In this document: piece by piece, positions 56,591 to 64,000 of the stretch
Position numbering within the stretch: position 1 is the stretch's first letter
How the letters are laid out: each line of letters begins with the position of its first letter
Assembly: GCA_047601445.1 (NCBI GenBank)
Contig: JASGJH010000001.1
Span: forward strand, 2,080,001 to 2,144,000
From: Myxococcales bacterium
Lineage (GTDB): Bacteria; Myxococcota_A; Polyangia; Polyangiales; DASUME01
Direction: 5' to 3'
DNA: 64,000 nt
Made by a program: the position numbers and the translations under genes
Notes under the pieces: model-generated
The model's database searches: none
Told to the model about the DNA's origin: nothing
Seen by the model: only the letters and a program-made list of their open reading frames with translations

Positions 56591-57574
56591 ATGGAGCGAA
56601 TCCTCGTGACCGGCTGCTCAGGGTTCGTCAGCCGGCACTTTCTCGAGTATCTGGCGGCGGAGGGCGTCGATTGCAAAGTATTGGGTGTCTCGAGAGGGAT
56701 ACCGGAGTTTCCGCACGAAAGACTCGGTTCACTACGCTTCCGATTTCGTCAGCTCGACCTGCTCGATCGCCCCGGTGTCGCCGAGGTCATTGCAAGCTTT
56801 CGGCCCACGGCCATCGTGCATCTCGCCTCCTACAGCAGCGTGGGCTTTAGCTGGGTCAAGCCCGTCGAGAGCTTCACCAACAACACCAACGTGTTGCTCA
56901 ACCTGGTCGAGGAAGTGCGCCGCCTCGAGCAGCCCTGCCGCATCCTTTCCGTTGGCTCCTCCGAGGAGTACGGCAACGTGGACCCGGCTTGGCTGCCGTT
57001 GCGGGAAGAAGGTCCGCTCAACCCGGTCAGCCCCTATGCCGTGGCGCGCGTCGCCCAAGAGATGCTGTCGAAGGTCTATGTGTCGGGCTACGGGCTCGAC
57101 ATCGTGATGACGCGGTCGTTCAACCATATCGGTCCCTATCAGCGCGATTCCTTCGTCATCCCCTCGTTCGCCAAGCAACTCTGTGCGATCCGCTATGGCA
57201 ATGCGGCACCACGCCTCGTCACGGGCGACCGCGCTGTCGTGCGCGACTTCGTCGACGTGCGCGATGTGGTGCGTGGCTACCACATGCTGCTGCAGCGCGG
57301 ACGGGCCGGGGAGATCTACAATCTGTGCACGGGCCACGGCACGAGCATCGATGAGGTGATCACCACCATGCAAGGCTTGCTGGGGACCGACGCCGAGCTC
57401 GTGACGGATCCCGCGCTGGTCCGGCCGAGCGACAATCGGGTCATCGTCGGCTCGCTCGAGAAGATGCGCCGCGAGCTCGGCTGGGAGCCCAAGTTCTCAC
57501 TGCATGAGAGCCTGGGCGCCATCCTGGATTGGTGGGGAGGGCGCACCAAGGCCAGTGATGTCATTCCGCGTTAG
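56591..57574 (+). CDS. NAD-dependent epimerase/dehydratase, Rmd/Gmd-like
   Basis: 'TGCSGFV', 'HLAS.SSV..SW', 'GSSEEYG', 'SPYAVAR', 'RSFNHIGP', 'RDFVDVRD'. Confidence 0.82.
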   Translation: MERILVTGCSGFVSRHFLEYLAAEGVDCKVLGVSRGIPEFPHERLGSLRFRFRQLDLLDRPGVAEVIASFRPTAIVHLASYSSVGFSWVKPVESFTNNTNVLLNLVEEVRRLEQPCRILSVGSSEEYGNVDPAWLPLREEGPLNPVSPYAVARVAQEMLSKVYVSGYGLDIVMTRSFNHIGPYQRDSFVIPSFAKQLCAIRYGNAAPRLVTGDRAVVRDFVDVRDVVRGYHMLLQRGRAGEIYNLCTGHGTSIDEVITTMQGLLGTDAELVTDPALVRPSDNRVIVGSLEKMRRELGWEPKFSLHESLGAILDWWGGRTKASDVIPR

Positions 57575-57592
57575 CGTGGTAGAGAGAGACCG

Positions 57593-58597
57593 ATGCGCGT
57601 TTCGTTACTTTCCCGCAAGCCACGAGCACACGGCAATTTCAGCGTCGAGATGATCGTCGACAGCTTGCTCCAGAACATATCACCTGAATTCCAGGCCCAA
57701 GTGCAGGTCTCGCGGTTCGAGAGCAGCGGAGTTCTGCCGCGCCTATACAACGTATTCGAAGCCGCGCTGCGCCAGGGGGACGTCAACCACGTCACGGGCG
57801 ACGTCAACTTCCTGAGTTGTCTGCTCCGTAAGGATCACACGGTATTGACGATCCTCGATTGCGGTCGGATCGACGGCAGGAGCGATTTCCGGAGCCGCAT
57901 CATCAAGCTGGTGTGGTTCCAGATTCCGGTGCAGCGCTGCGCGGTGGTCACCGTCATTTCCGACGCCGTCAAACAGAACTTGCTGAGCCACGTCCGTGTG
58001 AATCCCGACAAGGTGCGGGTGGTCCCCGTCGCGGTGCCGAGCCAATTTCAGGCCTGTCCGCGCGAGTTCAACGCACAAAAACCGGTGCTCCTACAGATCG
58101 GAACGGCCCCCAACAAGAATATCCCGCGCCTGGCACAGGCACTCGCGGGCATTTCCTGTCGCCTCGACATCGTCGGCAAGCTCTCGCCCGAGCAACAGGA
58201 TGCGCTGCGCGAGCACCAGATCGACTTCCGCAACTACACCAACCTCTCGAACGCGGAAATGCAGGAGCGGTACGAGCAATGCGACGTCGTCGCGTTCGCG
58301 TCCACATTCGAGGGATTCGGCATGCCCATCGTGGAAGGCAATCGCGTGGGGCGCCCGGTGGTAACCGGCAACGTGACCTCCATGCCCGAGGTCGCCGGTG
58401 ACGCGGCTTGCGTCGTCGACCCCTTCGACGTCGCCTCGATCCGCGCCGGGATCCGACGCGTAATCGAGGACAGCTCCTATCGGGCGCAGCTCGTGGAGCG
58501 CGGATACGAAAACGCCAAGCGCTTCGAGGCGTCCACGATCGCACGGATGTACGAGGACATCTACCGCGAGGTCTCGCGGAACACGCGAGCACGGTAG
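57593..58597 (+). CDS. Glycosyltransferase family 4
   Basis: 'NKN', 'STFEGFGMPIVE', 'SMPEVAGDA'. Confidence 0.9.
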   Translation: MRVSLLSRKPRAHGNFSVEMIVDSLLQNISPEFQAQVQVSRFESSGVLPRLYNVFEAALRQGDVNHVTGDVNFLSCLLRKDHTVLTILDCGRIDGRSDFRSRIIKLVWFQIPVQRCAVVTVISDAVKQNLLSHVRVNPDKVRVVPVAVPSQFQACPREFNAQKPVLLQIGTAPNKNIPRLAQALAGISCRLDIVGKLSPEQQDALREHQIDFRNYTNLSNAEMQERYEQCDVVAFASTFEGFGMPIVEGNRVGRPVVTGNVTSMPEVAGDAACVVDPFDVASIRAGIRRVIEDSSYRAQLVERGYENAKRFEASTIARMYEDIYREVSRNTRAR

Positions 58598-58632
58598 CCC
58601 GCACCGCCGCGACTCCTGCCTACGGGGGCCTT

Positions 58633-59817
58633 TCAGCCGCGACGCGCACTCGCGGCGAAACGCACGGCATCCAACAATCCATCGGCCGCCGCGACCTCGG
58701 ACTGCGTGTCTCCCTGCACCCGCGCGGCCTGACGCATGTGCGCGTAGCGGGTGTCGTCCGCGAGCACGCGTTCGATACTCGCTGCCAGCGACGCAACATC
58801 GCCGGTCGGATAAACGAGACCGGAAACGCCATCCGCCACGACGCTGCCAGGCCCGTAGCAGCCACAGGAATCGCTGACGATCGCCGGTACCCCCAACGAC
58901 TGGGCTTCGGCGACGACCATCCCGTAGGGTTCGATGCTCGAGCTGAGCACCAGCACGTCAGCCATGGAGAGGGTCTGCGGAATCTCCGACTGATTCACGA
59001 AGCCGAGCATGCGCACACGCTGGCCCCCCTCGCGCTCCAGCTCCTTGCGCAAGGGACCATCCCCCACGAACACACCCACGAGATCCTCGCGGGCGAGACG
59101 CGCCAGAGCCTGCACGATGTCCCCTGGACGCTTCCACTCGACCAGCTTGCCGCAGAACATGACGATGCGCTGATGATCGCGCAGCCCGAGCTGGCGCCGC
59201 CACTCCCTGCGCCCTACGTCGTCGAGCCGCGCTGCACTGTCGCGAAAGCGCTTCACGTCGACCGAGTACGGACAGATGAAGACCGACTCCGGTTTGGCCC
59301 CGTAGAGCTCGAAGTAGCGCCGGCTCTGACCCCCGGCCGCGAGGAAGGCTGTGACGTTGCGAAAGAACACCGACAACGCCGCGCGCTTGAGCGCGAGCTT
59401 GACGGGGCTCTTGTTCAGATTGGTGCGCGGATTGGTGTCACCAAAGCAAAGCACTGGAATATCCAGCTGCCTGCAGGCCATCGCGATGAACCAATTGTTC
59501 AGGTGCGCGTAGCCGCCAATGAACACCGCGTCCCAGCCCTCGCGCAACACGCTCAGGAGATCTGAGTTCAAAGCCCGAGGGCCGTACGCGAGGGGATCGG
59601 TGGTCGGCCACTGCCTCGGAAGGAAGCGATGTTTGTGTCCCTCGAGCAAGTCGATGTTCCACGCGAAGCGGACCCCGAAGTCACGATCGACGGCAGCCTC
59701 GAGCCCATGGCGTCCAAAATAGAACACCTCGAGCGCAACTCCGGGGCGAGTGCTCAGCTCTCGCCAGAGAGGCGTAAAATACTGGATTGGATGAGAGATG
59801 AACGCGGCGATGCGCAT
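58633..59817 (-). CDS. Glycosyltransferase family 4
   Basis: 'SHPIQY', 'FCGKL..WK', 'GFVNQSE', 'EPYGMVVAEA'. Confidence 0.9.
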   Translation of the reverse strand: MRIAAFISHPIQYFTPLWRELSTRPGVALEVFYFGRHGLEAAVDRDFGVRFAWNIDLLEGHKHRFLPRQWPTTDPLAYGPRALNSDLLSVLREGWDAVFIGGYAHLNNWFIAMACRQLDIPVLCFGDTNPRTNLNKSPVKLALKRAALSVFFRNVTAFLAAGGQSRRYFELYGAKPESVFICPYSVDVKRFRDSAARLDDVGRREWRRQLGLRDHQRIVMFCGKLVEWKRPGDIVQALARLAREDLVGVFVGDGPLRKELEREGGQRVRMLGFVNQSEIPQTLSMADVLVLSSSIEPYGMVVAEAQSLGVPAIVSDSCGCYGPGSVVADGVSGLVYPTGDVASLAASIERVLADDTRYAHMRQAARVQGDTQSEVAAADGLLDAVRFAASARRG

Positions 59818-59844
59818 ACGGCAATCTAGGGATGAACTCAGTTG

Positions 59845-60912
59845 TCAGGAAGGCAAGCGGACGAACGCCGGCCGCTCGCCGCCCGTGTGCATCCACTGGT
59901 ACAGCTCCAGATACTTGGACGCAGCCGCGGCCCAAGAGTAGCGCTCGATGACCATGGCGCGCCCTCGCCTGCCCATGGCAGCGCGCTCCTCATCGCTCGC
60001 GTCGAAGGCGCTCGTGAGGGCGGCCGCGAGCGGCTCCACGCCCAGCTCCACCCACCAGCCGGAGCGGGTCTGCTCGAGCTCACTCCAGGGCGTCCCTTTC
60101 GTCGTGATCACTGGCACCTCGCGGGCCAAGGCTTCGGGAACCACGTAGCCGAAGTTCTCGCTGTACGTCGGCAGCACGAACAGGTCGGCCTCGGCAAAGA
60201 GGCGCTCCTTGGCGGGACCATAGATGGGTCCGACGAAGTCGAAGACATGCGAGAGCCCTGCGGATTGCACGGCGCGTTCTACTTCGGCGCGGTGATCCAG
60301 TTCGTCCGGTCCGGCGATCACGACACGCCAACCCGCGGGTCGCAGCAAAGCCCAGGCCGCGACGAGGTTAAGCAGCCCCTTCTTGGGGTGCACGCGAGAG
60401 AGGAATAGCGCGGTGCGCACACGCTCGCGGGCGCGTACTGGACGCTCGCAGGTTTGCGGCGCCTCCATGCCGTGAGGGATCACGGCCACGGGAACGCCAA
60501 GCCCGAGCGCCATCACATTCTGCGCTTCGGCCTCCGAGGCGGTGTGAATCACGCGAGCTCGCTGCAGATCTCTTCGCTGATACAGGTGCCAGACGATGCG
60601 CTTCTTCGTCTGCATGTGAGAAAGGGCCCACGGCTCCAGCATCCCGTCCGGCGAAATCACCAGCGGAGCCCCCTTGCCCACCGCCCTCGAGACCATGTGA
60701 TTGAACGGCAGCCAGATACCGAACGAGTGCACCACGTCGGCGCGCAGCAACTCACGCCAAGACCGCAGCCCCTCGAGGAAACTCGGGGGGCTGGCAGACA
60801 GCAGCGTCGGACGGGTAGCCCGCTCGGCTAGATAGTGACTGACGGCTTGAACCGTATAGGCAGGCCCGCCGCACTCAGCTCCGCTGTTGTGCAGCGCAAA
60901 AACTACTTTCAT
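59845..60912 (-). CDS. Glycosyltransferase family 4
   Basis: 'SP.GML.PW', 'FLSRVHPKKG', 'ENFG.VV.EAL'. Confidence 0.9.
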   Translation of the reverse strand: MKVVFALHNSGAECGGPAYTVQAVSHYLAERATRPTLLSASPPSFLEGLRSWRELLRADVVHSFGIWLPFNHMVSRAVGKGAPLVISPDGMLEPWALSHMQTKKRIVWHLYQRRDLQRARVIHTASEAEAQNVMALGLGVPVAVIPHGMEAPQTCERPVRARERVRTALFLSRVHPKKGLLNLVAAWALLRPAGWRVVIAGPDELDHRAEVERAVQSAGLSHVFDFVGPIYGPAKERLFAEADLFVLPTYSENFGYVVPEALAREVPVITTKGTPWSELEQTRSGWWVELGVEPLAAALTSAFDASDEERAAMGRRGRAMVIERYSWAAAASKYLELYQWMHTGGERPAFVRLPS

Positions 60913-60915
60913 GCC

Positions 60916-62340
60916 CTACTCACCGACGACGGACGCTCTAGCAACATCGAGGGCCAAACTCTGCTTCTGCTGCTCGGTGCGTTCGAGCGCTTTCAGCAGT
61001 TGCTCCACGACGGTGCGCAGAAGCTTGTCGAGCTCACCTTCGACGCAAGCAAAGCGCTGTCTCTCGAACTCGAGCCGATAGGAACGCGACGCGGTGCTAA
61101 TCAGGAACGCCGTCCACGCCGCTCCACCAAGCTCCTCGACCGCCATGCGTCCGCCAGGCCCAGCGAGCACGGTGAGGCGCTGGACAGGGCCTAGCAGCTC
61201 GAGCGCCTGACTGATCTCGCTCTCGTCACTCGCGGCAGCTAGCGCGGTGTGTGCCGCCTGAACGCGCCGACGCAGGGACTTGCGGTCCCGCTCCTCCGGT
61301 GAATCCATCAATCCGGCGCTGCGAACCAGCAGGAACAAGCTGCCGCCCCCCAGCATCAGAAGGACACCCAGTTCGAGCGAACGATCGAACGCCACCGCCA
61401 CGGCAGCCAGGGCCAGCACGATGGAGCCCCCGTACAGCAGAAGCACGACGCGACGGTGGGTAAGCCCAAGGTCCAACAGGCGATGGTGAATGTGGCCCCG
61501 GTCCGCGGCGAAGATGGACTGCCGCGCGAGCGCACGCCGGATCATGGCCAGCATCGTGTCGAAGATCGGCACGCCGAGGGCCATCATCGGAGCGAGAATG
61601 GCCACGGCAGTGGAGCTCTTGGTGGTCGCTCCCTTGAGGGACGTCGCCGCCAACACGAAGCCCAAAAACATGCTCCCGGAATCCCCCATGAAGATGCGGG
61701 CCGGGTTGAAGTTGTAGCGAAGGAAACCGAACAGCGCGCCGGCCAGGCTCGCTGAGAGCATGGCGATGACGTGGTGGCCGCCGAAGTACGAGATGGCGAA
61801 GTTCGACAAGCTCGCGAAGAGCGCGATGCCAGCGGCCAAACCGTCGAGCCCATCGATGAGGTTGAGCGCGTTGATGATGCCCAGGAACCAGAACAGCGTC
61901 ACCACGTAGGTGACGGGCCCCATCTGAAGCGACCCGAGCAAGGGCAGATCAATCGCTTCGATGCGGTAGCCCAGAGCGTAGGCCACCGTCGCGGCCGTCG
62001 CCTGAGCCAAGAGCTTCGGCCAAGCGCCGAGGCCCTTCGCGTCATCCCAAGCCCCTACGAAGACCACGACGCACGCGCCGAGCACGAGACCGAGGATGTC
62101 GCCGGGACTTCTCTCGAGAGCCCCCATCGCCTCGGTTCCCCACAGGGCGAGGCCGGCAAGAGGGGCGAAGAATCCGACGAACAGAGCGACACCACCAAGT
62201 CGCGGCGTGACCTTGGTGTGCACGCGGCGCCCGCCTGGAGCGTCCACCACGCCATGCCTCAAAGCCCAGGCTCGCACCAGCGGCGTCGTGACCAACGTCA
62301 CGAGGCAAGACACGAGCAACGCAGTGAGAGCGCTCAGCAA
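60916..62340 (-). CDS. wecA: Undecaprenyl-phosphate GlcNAc-1-phosphate transferase (WecA/MraY family) with C-terminal extension
   Basis: 'TPRLGG', 'NALNLIDGLDGLA', 'YNFNPARIFMGDSG', 'DRGHIHHRL'. Confidence 0.88.
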   Translation of the reverse strand: MLSALTALLVSCLVTLVTTPLVRAWALRHGVVDAPGGRRVHTKVTPRLGGVALFVGFFAPLAGLALWGTEAMGALERSPGDILGLVLGACVVVFVGAWDDAKGLGAWPKLLAQATAATVAYALGYRIEAIDLPLLGSLQMGPVTYVVTLFWFLGIINALNLIDGLDGLAAGIALFASLSNFAISYFGGHHVIAMLSASLAGALFGFLRYNFNPARIFMGDSGSMFLGFVLAATSLKGATTKSSTAVAILAPMMALGVPIFDTMLAMIRRALARQSIFAADRGHIHHRLLDLGLTHRRVVLLLYGGSIVLALAAVAVAFDRSLELGVLLMLGGGSLFLLVRSAGLMDSPEERDRKSLRRRVQAAHTALAAASDESEISQALELLGPVQRLTVLAGPGGRMAVEELGGAAWTAFLISTASRSYRLEFERQRFACVEGELDKLLRTVVEQLLKALERTEQQKQSLALDVARASVVGE

Positions 62341-62475
62341 ATCGTGGCCCCCCTACGGCCCTGCACGGCAACTACCTTAGCGGACGGCCGCGGGGCGAAC
62401 AATCCACGACAGGTGCCATTGTTCTGTGAGTTGCGCCTGGGGTGCCGAATGTTCAACCCCGCAACATTTCCGAAA

Positions 62476-63078
62476 CTAGAACACTCGTTCGGGCACGAAG
62501 ACGATGTCGCCTGCTCTGAGTGGAAAGTCTTCAGCGTTGCCACGAGTGATCTCGGTAACCGGAATACGGTATTTCTCCAGCTTCCCATTGAGGCGTCTCG
62601 TAACAACTGTGTCGTCTTTGCTAGCCAACGGTGTGAATCCGCCCGAATTGCTCACTGCCTGGACCACGGTCAACCCAGGCACGATGACTTGCGTACCAGG
62701 TTTGCCCACGGCGCCTAGGACGCTGATCCGTTTGGAGTTCGACTGCTCAACGAAGACCGAGACAGACGGGTTGAGCAGGTACTGCCCGTTCTTGAGTCCG
62801 TCACGGATCGCGTTGGCCACCTCGACGGCTTCTTTGCCCGCGACGGTGATGTTGCCCAGGAACGGATAGTTGATCGTGCCGTCTGGTCCTACCTGGTACT
62901 TGCCAGTGAGGTCCTTTTCGCCGAAGACGCGCACCTCGAACACGTCACCCGAGCCGAGCGTGGTGTCCTCCTCCGGAGCCTGAACTGGAGGGGCCGACGC
63001 ACCGCTGTGCGCGCAGGCGTACAGCATCAGCGCGCTCATGAACAGCAGCAGCGCAGCTCGCAGATTCCTGCACATCAT
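62476..63078 (-). CDS. Short OPX (Wza-like) polysaccharide export lipoprotein
   Basis: Lipobox LYAC, PES motif 'LGSGD...V..DGTINYPFLG', one SLBB domain. Ends 'VFVPERVF' without the outer-membrane helix. Confidence 0.88.
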   Translation of the reverse strand: MMCRNLRAALLLFMSALMLYACAHSGASAPPVQAPEEDTTLGSGDVFEVRVFGEKDLTGKYQVGPDGTINYPFLGNITVAGKEAVEVANAIRDGLKNGQYLLNPSVSVFVEQSNSKRISVLGAVGKPGTQVIVPGLTVVQAVSNSGGFTPLASKDDTVVTRRLNGKLEKYRIPVTEITRGNAEDFPLRAGDIVFVPERVF

Positions 63079-63103
63079 TTAGGGGGCTCTCCGGCTCTCG
63101 CGC

Positions 63104-64000
63104 TCAGTAGCTGGCGCGGACGCCGCCGTACAGCTGGAAGTCCAGGAAGCGCGCGGGATCCGGAACAGGTACGCCGCCCGTCGTCGTAGCGACCGACGCG
63201 TACTTGAAATTCGTCAGGTTGGCGAAGGTGGTGAAGTCGGCCATCAGTGCCAGCCAGTTGGTGATGCGGTACTCGGAGCGTACGGCGCCGTCGATGCGGA
63301 CGTCCTTACGCACGGTGTCCCCATTCTCGCCAAGTGCTTCGACACATGCCGTCGTTCCGGGCTGCGGCGGGCACGTCGTGCCCGTGGGCGCAAGCCTGAG
63401 CGCACGTCCGTACGTGGCGTAACCGCCGCCGCCTTCGAGGGCGAGCATGAAGACGCGGGCAAACAGGAACTTCACGCGGGCGAAGCCGCGATCGACACGC
63501 ATCCAGCCGCCGACGTAGGAAGGCGTGACGTTGCCGATGTAGCCAACGTCGAACTGATTCGCTACGCCGAAGCGGTAGCCGAGCACGGCCTCGCCGACGG
63601 CATTTTCGTAGTCGCTCATGTACGAGTTGGTCAACAGCATGGCGCCGTAACCAGCCATCAAGCGGAGCGAGATTTTCTGGGTGAGTGCACCGTTGATGCC
63701 CAGGCGGGTGACCAGGCGCTTGCCGTTCGAGACGAGGACAGCGGTCTCCGAAGGATCGAAGCTGCCGACTTCCTGAAAGTAGTTGTGGAGGTCGAGCTCG
63801 CCGTCGAACAAGAGCGCGGTGTGCGGTAGGAACTTCCACGCCGAACCCACCTGCATGGCGTGGTTGGCGTTGTTGAGGTTCTTGAAGCCCGTGGCATCCT
63901 TCTCGTAGTAGGTGATGACGGGCGCGTACGCGAGGTACGAGGTCAACACGCGGGACTTCGAGCCCACGTTCAAGCGCGCGGTGGGCGTAAAGAAGCTCGC
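63104..64000 (-). CDS. Outer-membrane beta-barrel protein (5' end beyond the window), probable OPX partner porin
   Basis: Frame open to the window edge. Alternating amphipathic strands, C-terminal beta-signal 'YGGVRASY'. Immediately upstream of the short OPX. Confidence 0.7.
   Translation of the reverse strand, partial: ASFFTPTARLNVGSKSRVLTSYLAYAPVITYYEKDATGFKNLNNANHAMQVGSAWKFLPHTALLFDGELDLHNYFQEVGSFDPSETAVLVSNGKRLVTRLGINGALTQKISLRLMAGYGAMLLTNSYMSDYENAVGEAVLGYRFGVANQFDVGYIGNVTPSYVGGWMRVDRGFARVKFLFARVFMLALEGGGGYATYGRALRLAPTGTTCPPQPGTTACVEALGENGDTVRKDVRIDGAVRSEYRITNWLALMADFTTFANLTNFKYASVATTTGGVPVPDPARFLDFQLYGGVRASY

Noticed and set aside
62432..62447. sigma54-like GG-N10-GC upstream of wecA
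   Set aside because: Lacks the TTGC -12 element. Such matches are common by chance in GC-rich DNA.
1..64000. tRNA, rRNA, CRISPR arrays, IS elements, prophage genes
   Set aside because: None recognised by eye. Small ncRNAs in the intergenic gaps (e.g. 22820-22960, 48650-48920) cannot be excluded without an Rfam search.

Overview
GC-rich bacterial chromosome segment, most consistent with Myxococcota (Polyangiales/Sandaracinaceae-like). This is inferred from the Pph1-like PP2C, Zn-ribbon Ser/Thr kinase, HEAT proteins, short Wza plus beta-barrel pair and the TrmD-SPOUT fusion. In order: a MerR-like regulator, an ATPase-less peptide ABC transporter, asnS, pgsA, ddl; a kinase-HEAT-repeat-lipoprotein operon; a 9-gene sulfur assimilation operon (Rrf2/CymR-like, cysK, MoeB-like E1, CysO-like sulfur carrier, mini MoeB-like protein, CysM-like synthase, Mec/JAMM peptidase, AprAB-type (P)APS reductase); the rpsP-khpA-rimM-trmD-rplS operon; a tetraheme cytochrome fused to a UshA-like domain; rlpA; a udg/acidic protein/HEAT-TPR/SWIM/B12-domain run; DAGK, PP2C and a nucleotidyltransferase; and a ~31 kb Wzx/Wzy-type polysaccharide cluster with five SAM methyltransferases and a sulfotransferase. 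The best candidate for a novel system is the sulfur operon. Its E1 enzyme looks split into a catalytic subunit lacking the N-terminal Arg-finger helix and a separate mini-subunit that keeps that helix, resembling eukaryotic heterodimeric E1s. The operon also carries a flavin/FeS (P)APS reductase and a regulator with a CymR-type CysK-binding tail. No tRNA, rRNA, CRISPR or mobile element was seen. All family calls come from motif recognition by eye, with no database search.
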